NCBI GenBank assembly: GCA_030265395.1
Contig: JARFYF010000055.1
Span: 13,446,610-13,510,609 of the forward strand
Reading direction: 5' to 3'
DNA from: Rhina ancylostomus
Taxonomy: Eukaryota
DNA: 64,000 nt
Below the pieces are notes generated by a model. The model was not told where the DNA came from and did not search any database. It worked only from the letters and a program-made list of their open reading frames with translations. Numbering within the stretch: the stretch's first letter is position 1; each line of letters starts with the position of its first letter. The translations under genes were made by a program, and so were the position numbers. This document shows positions 1-12,273 of this stretch, one piece after another.

Positions 1-137
1 CACTTTATTCTGCATTCTGTTATTGTTTTCCCTTGTACTATCTCAATGCACTGTTGTAATGAAATGATCTGTATGGATGGCATGCATATCAAAGTTTTTC
101 ACTGTACCTCAGTATGTGACAATAATAAACCAATTTA
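1..137 (+). mobile_element. 3' tail of Rex1/Babar-type LINE
   Basis: Closely similar to the tail following Rex1-like coding sequence at 11130-11244; ends in gacaataataaaccaatt. Confidence 0.55.
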
Positions 138-1060
138 CACATATTTGATCACAAGTCCTTTCTAATGTAGATTATAAAGCAGAGGGGTGCTAGTTAGTGA
201 GCAATAGCAATATCATTCTTATGACCTTATGGAGATTTATAAAGTTAGGAAGTACGAAGAAAGATAGCAGACTTTTCTCAGGGCAGGGGAGTCTAGAACT
301 GAGGGCACAGATTTAAGGGGAGAGGGGAGAAAGGGCCAGTTTCTGTGCTTATATGGTTTTATGATTATTTCCAGTTTCCTGAAAAAAAATGCTGAAAATC
401 AGGGAGCATTAATGGAGAAACAGATTGTTTCAGATCGATGACCTTTCATCAAAATTCATCATGAATAGCCATTAATTCAAAACATGGATGATTTTGTTCA
501 AATATGGTGCCTGGGCTGTGCATTTCCAGCATTTATTTCAGCTATAAAATTCTCCACAGCGACATAGGTGAATACAATGATGAAGAATCATTACTTTCAT
601 AAAAGGTTGTGCAGTTCACAATTTTGGAGATGTGCAGGATGATGGATTCACATTTTTGAATGGAAAAAAAAATTGGTCTTCACACGAGCTCCATTGAGGG
701 GATTCATAACATCAAACTATAAAGATTTGCTTGCAAAGGACAACCATCTTTTAAAGAAAAAGCAGATACCTAATGCATACCAGTGAATATAGAATTATCT
801 CATGCCTATCAGTGAATGTAGAATATAGAAATATGTTAAGCAACAATTGTACCAAAAGTTAACATATCAGGTCATTGATAACGGACACATATTTCTCTTG
901 CCATAGATACTACCTGATCCAACTATTTGCAATATTTTGTTTTTATTTCAGATTTGTAGCATTCTTTTGCATTAATGTTTGATGCATCCTATTGTGAAAG
1001 CAAATGGAGAGGGTAGCACTGTAAGTAAAAGGGCTATGATAAGATTTCCACATTAAGTAT

Positions 1061-1870
1061 TAGAACATAGAAACCCTACATCAAAATTCTGGCCCTACGG
1101 CCCACAAAGCTGTGCTGAACATGTCCCTATCTTAGAAACTACTAGGCTTACCCCTAGTCCTCTATTTTTCTCATCTTCATGTACCTATTCAGAAGTCTCT
1201 TAAAAGATCCTATTGTATCCACCTCCACCACTGTTACTGGCATCCCATTCCATGCACTCACCACTCTGAGTAAAAAACTTACCCGACAGCTTCTCTATAC
1301 CTACTCCCCAGCAGCTTACACTTATGTCCTCTTGTGGACATCATTTCAACCCTGGGAAAAAGACTCTGACTATCAACATGATCAATGCCTCTNNNNNNNN
1401 NNNNNNNNNNNNNNNNNNNNNNNNNNNNNNNNNNNNNNNNNNNNNNNNNNNNNNNNNNNNNNNNNNNNNNNNNNNNNNNNNNNNNNNNNNNNCCACACTG
1501 CCAAGAGTCCTACCATTAATACTATACTCTGCCATCATATTTGACCTACCAAAATGAACCACTTCACACCTATCTGGGTTGAACTCCATCTGCCACTTCT
1601 CAGCCCAGTTTTACATCCTATCAATATCCTTCTGTAACCTCTGCCAGCCCTCCATACTATCCACAACACCTCCAACCTTTGTGTCATATGCAAATTTACT
1701 AACCCATCCCTCCACTTCCTCATCCAGGTCATTTATATAAAAAAAATCACAAAGAGTAAGGGTCCCAGAACAGATCCGAGGTACACCACTGGTCACCGAC
1801 CCCCACGCAGAATATGACCAGTCAACAACCACTCTTTGCCTTCTGTGGGCCAGCCATTTCTGGATCCATA
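1061..1870 (-). mobile_element. CR1-type LINE fragment (RT C-terminal part plus 3' tail, gap inside)
   Basis: Minus-strand peptides INDLDEEVEGWVSKFAYDTKVGGVVDS..QRLQKDIDR and MEFNPDRCEVVHFGR are typical CR1 RT; tail microsatellite seen as tagaacatagaa on plus. Confidence 0.85.
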
Positions 1871-2906
1871 AACTTTTGTTTTACCACAATTTTGTTTCTC
1901 TTACATGTTATCTTAATACAATCATCACATCAGTAAACCTCAAGCTGCAAATCCCTATTTTCAAACTGCAAACAGCTATTAATGTAAACCAGGAAAATAA
2001 ATCAAACTGGGCGTAGGGGAGAAACACATTACATTCTAGCATTTACCCATTAAAACTCAAATCACAATTCAATACCTCACCTCTAGATTTTAAGATGTAT
2101 CCTTAGTTACAAAAAAAAGTTATTTTTACAAGTTGCCCGTTTTTCATATTCTTTCATTACTAGGTTCCTGCCTCTTTTGACTCTAAATATTATCCTTCTT
2201 CAATTGCTCAGTATTTCTGCCTTTCACTTGACTGGATGCATCATTCTACTCATTAATACTTTTTAAAATAAGTGTATATTTTCCTTTCTCAGACTGCATG
2301 AATACACCTATATAACTATTCCAGTTTTGAGTGTCTGCACATTGAGTTAGCTGGTTAAAACCTTACAGTTGATCAGGCAGCATCTATTGGTGTTTTCAAC
2401 AATATTTGTGTTTCACATTTCCAGAACCAGCAGTATTTTGCTTTCCATTTGTCAGGGTTCAGACTAGATTTAACCTGATCAAACAAATCCCATCTGCATT
2501 TGAATATTCCAGTTAGAATGAAGCCAAACAACTGCATCCTGCCGATTTATGGGGACCGTTGTGGAACAAACTAGAAGAAATTCTTTGCAGACTTTTTCTG
2601 TAAATGGGCTTTATTTCTTGAGCCATGTACAAGTTTAGCATTAAGATGTACAAACTATAATCTGTTGAATTTTGGGAAACTTTAATCTGCTGATCCCTCA
2701 GAACATTTCAACTTTCCTGCAAATTCTCACCATTCAATATTTACAAAATGAATAGTTTCAATTTAAATTCAACCCTTCAGGACACAATGCTAATGATACA
2801 AAAAAAAACACCCACATTTGCCTCAGACACAAGCTTGCATTCTTTACGCACAATCTAAAGTGGATTAAAGACAAAAACAAGTAGATATAGGTAGCAATTA
2901 TTCAGT

Positions 2907-2912
2907 TTTATT
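2907..2912 (-). terminator. Polyadenylation signal AATAAA of stathmin copy A (proximal; a second one at 2610-2615)
   Basis: tttatt on plus about 390 nt downstream of the stop codon, followed on minus by U/GU-rich sequence. Confidence 0.6.
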
Positions 2913-3303
2913 TAGAGATTGCATTTAGGCATGTTAGGACAACTACACACCTAGACTAAAAATATAACATTTAGCATGACAGGATCATGGGCAAACCAGA
3001 TGAAAACTACACATTTTTTACATGTTTGTTTCTGCGTAGCACAAGCAATGCAAAAGTAGAAAAGATGCCATAGGATAGACGATACTAAATCATTAGTAAG
3101 AGTAAATTGCAGTATCCCAGATTTCCCCCCTTCTTTTCTTCCCTGGCCCCCAAACCACCCACCTCCCAAATTCAAAAAGTATGCATGTACTTTCTCCTGG
3201 TTACATGTTCTAATAATATTCCAAGAGGATTGCGCTCAACATATTGGCTGTAAGTGCTCTTTAAAAACTGTTTGAATACATTCAATTACTGGAACAGACA
3301 TTG

Positions 3304-3366
3304 TTAAACCATTTCTTCGGTTTCTTTGTTCTCTCTGTTCTTTCTCACTTCCTCTAGGTGCTTGTC
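3304..3366 (-). CDS. STMN1: Stathmin-1-like copy A, last coding exon (DKHLEEVRKNRENKETEEMV*)
   Basis: Pyrimidine tract plus AG at 3367-3368; phase 0; matches human STMN1 last exon start DKHIEEVRKNKE; TAA at 3304-3306. Not in the ORF track. Confidence 0.92.
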   Translation of the reverse strand, partial: DKHLEEVRKNRENKETEEMV

Positions 3367-3524
3367 CTAAATTGTACAAAAAGAAAAGTTTTCTTTGGAA
3401 GTTGTTTAACAATTTAATTCTCTGCTACACAAGTACAAAGTATGAAACTTGTGAATAACTGAATTTTGTTTGGGTCAATTCTAAATGTTACAGATTAGGT
3501 CATCACATTAAGACATTTAATTTT

Positions 3525-3870
3525 ATAGGCTGGCATGAAATTAGTACTGCTGCCTCACAGTTCCAGGAATCCAGATTCAATCCTGATTGTGATTGCGATC
3601 TGTGTAGAGAACTCCTTGTGACCACACTGAGTTTTCTGCTAGGTGCTCTGATTTCCTCCCACATCCCAAAGATGTGCTAGTAGGGGTACTCTAAATTACC
3701 CCTTAAAAAAAAGGTAAATGGGAAAAATAATCAACAGGAGAAATGATGGGCCTGCAAGTGAGACTAGATTGTAGAGATACAGAGAAATAAGGAGGGGAAT
3801 ATGACTGATGGGATTAATCTGCTTGAAACTAACATGGGCCTGAAGGAGTCAAATGGCCTTTCTCCATGTC
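3525..3870 (+). mobile_element. tRNA-derived V-SINE (HE1-like)
   Basis: tRNA-like head (gctgcctcacag...gattcaatcc) and V-domain-like ggtgctctgatttcctcccacatcccaaagatgtgc; similar copies elsewhere in the window. Confidence 0.7.
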
Positions 3871-6129
3871 ATATTAAGTTTACATAATGGGAATTACTGC
3901 AATAACTCAGCGATGTCCTTGTGATGGGTTGTTTTTAAATCAACTTATTCTCTCTAAGATGCCCAACATTTCCCCTTTGATCCTTTTTGACACTTAACTA
4001 CACTAAGGGGTAATTTACAATTGCCAATTAACCTACTAGCATATTTTTGGGATGTGGAAGCAAAACAGAGTACCCAATAGAAATCACACGGACACAGGGA
4101 GAATACACTACCTCAAGCATTATAATTTAGTCATGAATTAGTTGTTTTAGGATAGCTTAAAGAAGTGCTGTCCACTGTGGACACATTCCATCCAAGGCAA
4201 CTAAAAGAAAATTACTTCAAGGACTTAAATCTTATTGCCACTTTCTTTAAACATTGTGAACCAATAATCTATCACTTCTTGATTTATAAACCTCTTGAAA
4301 AGGTCTTCAAATAGTGATAGAATTGTCACTCATTTATAAAAGTGTTCCCACCTACATCTTCAGGCAAACAAGACTTTTATGTAACATATGCTTTGAGAAA
4401 GGACTCATTACCTCAGGAATGGAACTGGAAAAGACAAGCACCAAAGAGGCAAGGAAATCCATCTTAGGAGTTTACCTTGGTTTAAGTGATGTTCATTTAT
4501 GTACTTCCTTGAATTATCAGTGAACTCCAGGTCACTCTATTACTGCAATGCTGAACAGCTTTAATTTTATTTTTAGTACCAATTTAGCCAGGAAACTCTT
4601 TTGGAAAGGGTTACTTGGGCCAATATGTTACAAAGCATCTGGTTTCCAAGCAGCATAAGTAGATGCTTGTAGGCAGATCCTCTAAGACTGGGACTAGGCA
4701 AGAAACGACTACTTCTTCCCCCTTCACCCCACACGCCTTGTATTTTCCTTATGCCAACAAACTGTCTACCGGTCAAGCTCCTTTAGCAAACTGGGGCAGA
4801 GATTTGTTAATTAATTGCCCACAGGTACACTCAAGCTCATATTACCCATTACATTTATCAACCCATTGACTATTCAACAAATTGCAGAGGGAAAACTATG
4901 ATGGCAGATATGGGGAAACCCAGTAAAGAACAGAGCTTCAAGTTAGAATTGAAAAGCTGAATTTTCATGTTGTTTAAATTCACTAACATACAATATGAAG
5001 TTTGAATGTAACAACCATCTTTACTCAGATTTTGAGAACACATTGAAATTCTGTTAACTAACACCCAACCTTCAAAACATACAATTGCTGACGTATTAAA
5101 TCTTACTTTAATAAGATTCTACTGAAATTGTACTTAAAATTAGTGTGCCATATATTCATAAAAAACAAACTTCAGATTCAACCATCAACAAATTTTTGAC
5201 AATAACTAAAATGAATGCTCAATCCTGTAGAGTTTATAAATTATTTAAATCTATTTCAGATTATCCAGTTATTATCTGAGATGCGGCCAAAATCTGATAT
5301 CTGCAAAGTGATAACTAGTCAAACAAATTTTCCTTCAATTGATTATAGGTGTACCTTCTCAGTAAAGCTATTTTATTGTTTCTAAAGGAAGCCTTTCATA
5401 TAATTATCTTTAATGGCCTTGATGTAAACCTAATCCCAACTACTTTTTGCCTTTGTGGGGAACAGATCCAAATGAATTCTATAGTATGTAACCTGCAGCA
5501 CTAATAACGTAATAAAAATGATCAACTTCAGTTTCATCACCTCTGGTCCCTTTTCTCTTTGGTTTCTCCAAGCCTGTATCACTTGTTCCCCAAGTTGCAC
5601 CCTTTCATTCACCATGCTACTACTCCAGATGGAATGTACAATGAATGTACATGTGAAATAATAGTACTATTACTTTTATTTGTTGGGGTCCTCAGCAAAG
5701 TGCTATCACAGAGCAATAGTTCCAAGCACAAGTATATGCACTTGTGCGATTTACTTTGTGGCTGCAAGGCATTAATAAGTATGGAACATTTCAACACACC
5801 CTCAGTGACTACATGTAATCTAACAAACCAGCAAGGTCCAAAGTTTGATCCATGCCTCCACTGATTATATTACAGACCCAATCTCACATGCTAGAAATTA
5901 TATTATCCATCAACAAAAAAACTATCAGAACACATCATCTCAATTTGCATGAAAACCGACTTCATAGATTTGGTACTGGATGCTAGTTCCCCCAGAACCA
6001 TGCCCACCAGTCAAAGCCTAATGGAGGAGTAATCATAACAAAACTGGAAAACAAAATTCCCATAGTGACCCTAGATAAGTCATTCTAAATTTTACTTCCA
6101 CTATGAATAAAGAATTAAAATTAACTTGC

Positions 6130-6321
6130 TTTCTCACGAAGGCGCTCAAGCTTAGCAGCTAATTGGGCCTCACGGTTTTCCTTAATGAGCTCCATCTTGG
6201 ATATGAGTCTTTCTTCTGCCATTTTGCTGAATTTGGTATTTTCTTCAATTGCTCTCTGAAGCACTTCCTTTACATGCTCCTGTTTTTCAGCCAACTGCTT
6301 CAGAACTTCTGCTTCATGTGA
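6130..6321 (-). CDS. STMN1: Stathmin-1-like copy A, coiled-coil exon ([20 protein letters not shown]...KLERLREK)
   Basis: 192 nt, same length as the copy B exon; AG acceptor at 6322-6323; donor is GCAAGT (GC at 6128-6129). Confidence 0.95.
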
Positions 6322-7084
6322 CTGTGGGAGAAGAATAGAGATCAATTGTTCAGCTGAACATTGAGACTACGAGAGTTGTTTTACTAATTCAGTGATGCAA
6401 GTCACCAAGTAGGACAAAGCATTTAGCTAAGAAAAATAGCTTGAATCTTAAAATCAATACAATAGATATGCTTCAATGTCTTCAGAATTCTTTTAGCTGA
6501 CAGATACATCTCTGAAGTTTTATTAACAATATCACATATGGAAGGAAATCACTTAAAATATAATGCATTTAATATAATCAATGTGATTAATGCTTAGAAA
6601 GTAGTATGCATTAAGGACAGAAAACACACAACTCAGGAAACATAAAACTGATATTTTGTGTGGACTCCTTCAAAGTTCAAAAGATCTTATAATACGCTGG
6701 TTGTTTTCCTTTGGCTGCTTGCTTTTTTACTACTTGTCATTTCCAGATGTAGATGAAGCCTTGGTTTTCTTTTTATCTTCACCAATAATATTGCATGCAA
6801 CATGATACTGAGTACATTTGCCCACAATGCAAGTTGTATATAAATACTAGTTTAACAACAGTACACACATACTGTTATCATATAGTATAATACATCATGT
6901 CATGGATTTCTAAACTCTGAAATTTGTTTAATTCCAAGGTGCCCCCAATATGTAAAGTAGGAGACTGCTGCATTGTGCTGATGATAGTGAACAATATTGC
7001 CACTATTTTACATACTACTGTGACTTAGTCGGCCTCTGTCTTTAAGTACCATTCAGTTCAGTTGCTCATGTTCTATTTGAATAC

Positions 7085-7248
7085 CTTTCGTCTGTTTTCT
7101 GCAGCTTCCATTTTTTTCTGAAGATCTTCAAGTGATCGATCTTTCTTGGGAGAAAGAGGAAACTCTGGAATTGTTTCAGCTGTAGGGCTCAGAATGATCT
7201 CAAAAGCTTGGCCTGAAGAACGTTTGTCTAGTTCCTTTACTTTAATAT
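7085..7248 (-). CDS. STMN1: Stathmin-1-like copy A, regulatory-domain exon ([22 protein letters not shown]...EAAENRRK)
   Basis: 164 nt, phase-1 start; tttcAG acceptor at 7249-7250 and GT donor at 7083-7084; Ser16/25/38 equivalents retained. Confidence 0.95.
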
Positions 7249-8279
7249 CTGAAATAAGAGTTTTTCCACAACAAAAAAAAGACAGAAGTTCGGCTAAGTC
7301 AGAGCTCATAAGTGGATTAATTGCACAGATTAAACAATATAATTACTGTCGGGCTTTTCTGTCATAACAAAATTAATGATATGTAGAATAACATAATGCT
7401 ATGAATTAAATGTTAAATTTAGAACAAAGGTCACCGATCCTTAGGGAAAATATACCAACCTAGGAAAGAGTACAGTACCAATGCACAAAAAAAAGTTGAA
7501 AAACAAATTCCATAACATAGTTTGCCTTCTCAAGTTCAGATGGCTGAAGTTGATCATATCCAATTGGATCCCAAATCATTTCAGAAACAATGAAATTGTT
7601 TCCACTGATAGGAGTATTCCAAGTTCCAAATCCTTAAAAGTACCAGTTGGGTCATAAAAAAGCAAGCGGAAACACAGAATGCTAGCCAAGAGACTGTGAC
7701 TAGGTCAAGACAAGACATAGAAGCAGTAGATTGGTAAGTGTAAAAAGCGTCAGTAGATACGAAACCATGTTGAGTAAATGGATTGGAAGTACAGATCAGA
7801 CATTATCCAAATAAGTGGCAGTACAGAGTTGAGGGGCTACAAGTTTCAGGAAATAACAATATTTAAGATTGTCAAAATAGTTACTGGTTATTCTAAATCT
7901 AACTTTTGGAGATATATATCATCTCACTCCAATCTCTGGAACAGTTACCTTTCTAAGAACAGCAATGTCCTGAAGTCCTTTGCTGAAGTCCGAGAAGGCA
8001 GTTCAGTTAGTACAATAAACGTACAGTGGTAAAAATTCAAAGGTGACCAACAAACAATACCCTTGCATTTTTTGATCCTCAGAGTACATTTGAAATAGTT
8101 ATATGAATAGCAATAGCTGACATAATATGTTATCCTATAAAGAGGATCTTGCCAAGAATAAAATAATTAGCTTTAAAACTAGAAGTATCAGAAGTCTTTG
8201 AAATACTCAATAAACCAGGCAGCATCTGTAGAAACACATGCTACCTGACCAACTCTGTATCTTCTAAAAGTACTTATTC

Positions 8280-8610
8280 ACCATACAGGAGGATGCTCTC
8301 TGGCCCACTGAGCCCTTGCCAGTTCCCATTAGTCAATACCATCAGGCCCATTCCCTCCTCATTTCTCTGTAGCTCTAACTTATTCCCTCTCACATGCCCA
8401 TTTAATCCTTTTTGCCATGTACCTTCACAAAAGGGCAATTTACAATAGTCAATCAACCTATCAGCACATCCCTGGGACTTGAATATGGGAGGAAACCAGA
8501 GCACCCAGCAGATACCCACATGTTCATGAGGAGAATGTGCTAACTTCATGGACAGCACCAAAGGATCCCTGGAACTGTGAGACAATAGCTCTAATAGCTA
8601 TGCCACCTTG
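8280..8610 (-). mobile_element. V-SINE copy
   Basis: Reverse complement of the V-domain (gggaggaaaccagagcacccag...ggagaatgtgc) and of the tRNA-like head. Confidence 0.65.
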
Positions 8611-10814
8611 GCACCCTTGTTCTTAATTTCAAATTTCTGTTTTTTTGACTTTCCATTCAAAAGAGACATTGATTCCAGAAGACAGATATTTTACAGGATA
8701 TGAAACATCACATACTTTGGTTTAAGTCAAGCATTTTACACTAAATGGGGACTAAATCAGCTTCTCAGTGCACTTTTCTTGCTTTCATAAACCATTGTCC
8801 ATTTGTGGTGCATAAATGAAAAGCTGTTTTATGTTCTGGCTTTTAGCAGAAGTCTGCACTCATATGGCACTTTTTGCCTTAGTTGTTGTTTCCTCATACA
8901 TCAAATTACAGCTATTGAATTAGGAAAATAATAAATTAATTTTAATATGAATTGTTATAGAAGTGCAGCATACCATTTCGATGTTAGCTTGACAAAACAT
9001 CCCTAGATAATTTCCAGCTTGTTGAAATAAAGTATATGATGAAAAAAAACTGTATTCTTCAACAATTACTCAAAATTCTGACTTGTTTCCATAACAATTG
9101 TAACTTAATTTGAAAGTGTTCTGTGGTACAATGAATTGTTACAAAGCAGTTCTTATAAAAGACTCAATAGTTTTGTTTTGCATCAATGCTGCCTAACCTG
9201 CTTTATTTCCAGTATTTTCTGTTTTCATTTCCTACAAATTGGTTATTTGTTTTTTCTTCATTCTGCATATACTAATGGAAACTAAATCAGGCATCAGGAA
9301 CAGGAAGATGGTGACCATGCATGCACTGGGAGAATCAAAGATACCAAGTGGTAAATTTGTTCCCAATAGGAGTAAATCTATGGGACTTATTTTGGTGTTT
9401 TAAAGGTCCTAAAGTGCTTCACAAGGACCCAAATCATACTCTAGATGACCAAAGCCTCCAAGGATGCACTGCCCACCCCCAGTGAGTCATGTGGGCACAT
9501 TTACCTACTGCAGTTAGGTGGCAACGAATGTCCAAGGTCTTGCTGCTCTGGCCATCCTGTGAAACAGATCAGTCCATGAATACCGATTAATCCTCAGGTG
9601 ATGGCACCAGATCACTGGCAAACCCCCTCAGTATATTCAGTACTTCAGTGTTGCAATGCACAGATATGCAAATTGAGGAACATGCTGGCCCAATGGAATG
9701 ATATAGCCAGTGATTTTCATACACATTGAAAGCTAAACTACAATCAATCCCTAGTAGGGGTGGCACCAACCCTGCTCCCCATGGTAGCTGGGCCTCAATT
9801 TCTCAATATCGCAAAATCCACCCTGACTCACCATTCCCACCACTTACCCCTTGATCACCCTCTGGTCACAGGGTCCCTTCCCCAATCCTTAGTTGTGATC
9901 CTCCTTCCCATTCCACTCACTCCCAATGATCCAAGGCACTGAATCTAATCCTCTTCCTTTCCTCGTCTATCTGACCAGAGCAAAGGCCCAATCATACACT
10001 GTGGTTGCTGGTCATCTTAATTCCCTGAACCTGGGCTTGATCACATTCAATTATACACAAGGTTGTTGGTACCCTACTGCAAAGCCAGTCCAGTGCACCC
10101 ATTTAGCTGCATTAGAATTTCTAGTCCAAGATGATTCTGCAGGTAATGGAACTTCTTGGGGGCCCACAGTAAGCAGATTAGAAAAGGAACAAAGGGGGTG
10201 GGTGTGCTGAAGGGATTGAACAAAAAAAAACTACAAACTTGTATTATTAAGCACATCATTTTCATCCTCGGATGCACCATGGCACTTAGGAATCAGTGAA
10301 TTAGTTTTTAAGACACTATTTTGTGGAAAACTGTGGAAACCAATTTCCTTACAGCAAGGTCCCACAAGGAGGTGCAAGATAAATTATCAGATTATACTAA
10401 CAATCTTTTTTTGGTGTTGGTTGTGGAATAAACAAGGATACTCAGTGGACATCCTTATTAAATAGAGTCACAGGATCTTTTATTTACATCTGAAGAGGTA
10501 AACAGTTATCATCTCAAAAGGCACCTCACACAGTGCAAGGCTACTTCAAAACTGCACTGAAAGATTATTATTTACTTAAACCTTCTTAGTGGCACAGTAT
10601 TATTATTGAACCAAATTTTTACACATCATGGAGTTGACCAAGGTCATGCAGGTATCCTGACAAGTGGGTGTTTTGAATTCAGTGTACTGTAACTAAAGTT
10701 TAATGAAAATACAGGATTTAAAACAAATATAGTAAAACTGCAATAATCCACACACTCAGGACATTAGAAAATCTGCCAGTCCAGGACAACCAGAGTATTG
10801 GATGTTATTCCTAA

Positions 10815-11244
10815 TGAAATTGCAGAGAGTTGCGAACATAGACAGGTCCATTACGCAAACCAACCTTCTCTCCAATGACTCTGTCTACACTTTCTGCTCC
10901 CTCAGGAAAGCAGCTAACATCATTAAGGACTTTTCACACCTCAAACCCACATTTCCCTCTCCCGTAGGGCAGAAGATACAATGGCCTGAGAGCATGAATC
11001 AACAGACTCAAGGACAGCACCCATCCCACCATCAGACTTTTGAACAGATCACTCATATGCTAAAGGATGAACTTTTGATCTCCCGATCTACCTTGGCGTG
11101 GCCCTTGCACTTTATTTGTTTACCTGCACAGCACTTTATCTATCTGCAACATATATTCTGCATTGTTTTCATTTTACTACCTCGACTTAATTATATATGG
11201 CATTGATCTGTCTGGATTGTACACAAAATAAAAACTTTTCACTG
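10815..11244 (+). mobile_element. Rex1/Babar-type LINE 3' end
   Basis: Peptide KLQRVANIDRSITQTNL..YTFCSLRKAANIIKD.SH resembles the Rex1 C-terminus; followed by the tail also seen at 1-137. Confidence 0.7.
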
Positions 11245-11946
11245 NNNNNNNNNNNNNNNNNNNNNNNNNNNNNNNNNNNNNNNNNNNNNNNNNNNNNNNN
11301 NNNNNNNNNNNNNNNNNNNNNNNNNNNNNNNNNNNNNNNNNNNNNNNNNNNNNNNNNNNNNNNNNNNNNNNNNNNNNNNNNNNNNNNNNNNNNNNNNNNN
11401 NNNNNNNNNNNNNNNNNNNNNNNNNNNNNNNNNNNNNNNNNNNNNNNNNNNNNNNNNNNNNNNNNNNNNNNNNNNNNNNNNNNNNNNNNNNNNNNNNNNN
11501 NNNNNNNNNNNNNNNNNNNNNNNNNNNNNNNNNNNNNNNNNNNNNNNNNNNNNNNNNNNNNNNNNNNNNNNNNNNNNNNNNNNNNNNNNNNNNNNNNNNN
11601 NNNNNNNNNNNNNNNNNNNNNNNNNNNNNNNNNNNNNNNNNNNNNNNNNNNNNNNNNNNNNNNNNNNNNNNNNNNNNNNNNNNNNNNNNNNNNNNNNNNN
11701 NNNNNNNNNNNNNNNNNNNNNNNNNNNNNNNNNNNNNNNNNNNNNNNNNNNNNNNNNNNNNNNNNNNNNNNNNNNNNNNNNNNNNNNNNNNNNNNNNNNN
11801 NNNNNNNNNNNNNNNNNNNNNNNNNNNNNNNNNNNNNNNNNNNNNNNNNNNNNNNNNNNNNNNNNNNNNNNNNNNNNNNNNNNNNNNNNNNNNNNNNNNN
11901 NNNNNNNNNNNNNNNNNNNNNNNNNNNNNNNNNNNNNNNNNNNNNN

Positions 11947-12200
11947 CCACCACAACCTGGAAGCTGTCCTCCAAGCCACGCACCATCCTGACTTGGAAAT
12001 ATATTGTTGTCCCTTCACTGTTACTGGTAAAAATACTGGAACATTCTCCCTAACAGCATTCTGGGCATATCCACACCTCAAAGACTGTAGCGGTTCAAGA
12101 CGACAACTCACCAGCACCTCCTCAAGGGCATCTAGAGATGGGCAATTAAATGCTAGTCCAGCCTGTGAAGCCCACATTCCTTCAATGAATATAAAAAAAG
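11947..12200 (+). mobile_element. LINE 3' end (same family as 30715-31150 and 62200-62470)
   Basis: Shared tail ggttcaaga..ctcaccagcacctcctcaagggca..gatgggcaat in three copies. Confidence 0.6.
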
Positions 12201-12254
12201 CACACTGTGCTTTCAACTACTGCTCCAAATCCTTCAATGTGGTAGCTTGCTTAC

Positions 12255-12273
12255 CTGCCTGATATTTAATCAT
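12255..12273 (-). CDS. Candidate first coding exon of stathmin copy A (MIKYQA plus G of Asp)
   Basis: ATG ATT AAA TAT CAG GCA G|gtaagc: 19 coding nt, phase 1, same length as the copy B start exon; possible acceptor tttttttaAG at 12304-12305. No peptide similarity to MASS, and weak Kozak context. Confidence 0.45.

Noticed and set aside
5480-5600. Minus-strand peptide GDETEVD, resembling the human STMN1 C-terminus DETEAD, in the last intron of copy A
   Set aside because: Only a 6-residue match in purine-rich sequence, with no pyrimidine-rich acceptor; a much better last exon exists at 3304-3366.
8974-9002. Possible start exon for copy A ending ATG|gtatgc
   Set aside because: It is phase 0. 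Splicing to the phase-1 acceptor at 7248 gives ATG ATA TTA AAG TAA, and the phase-1 frame contains a stop.
11177-12216. Long ORFs containing X runs (also at 12357, 15599, 27315, 36506 and others)
   Set aside because: They are open only because N gaps contain no stop codons.
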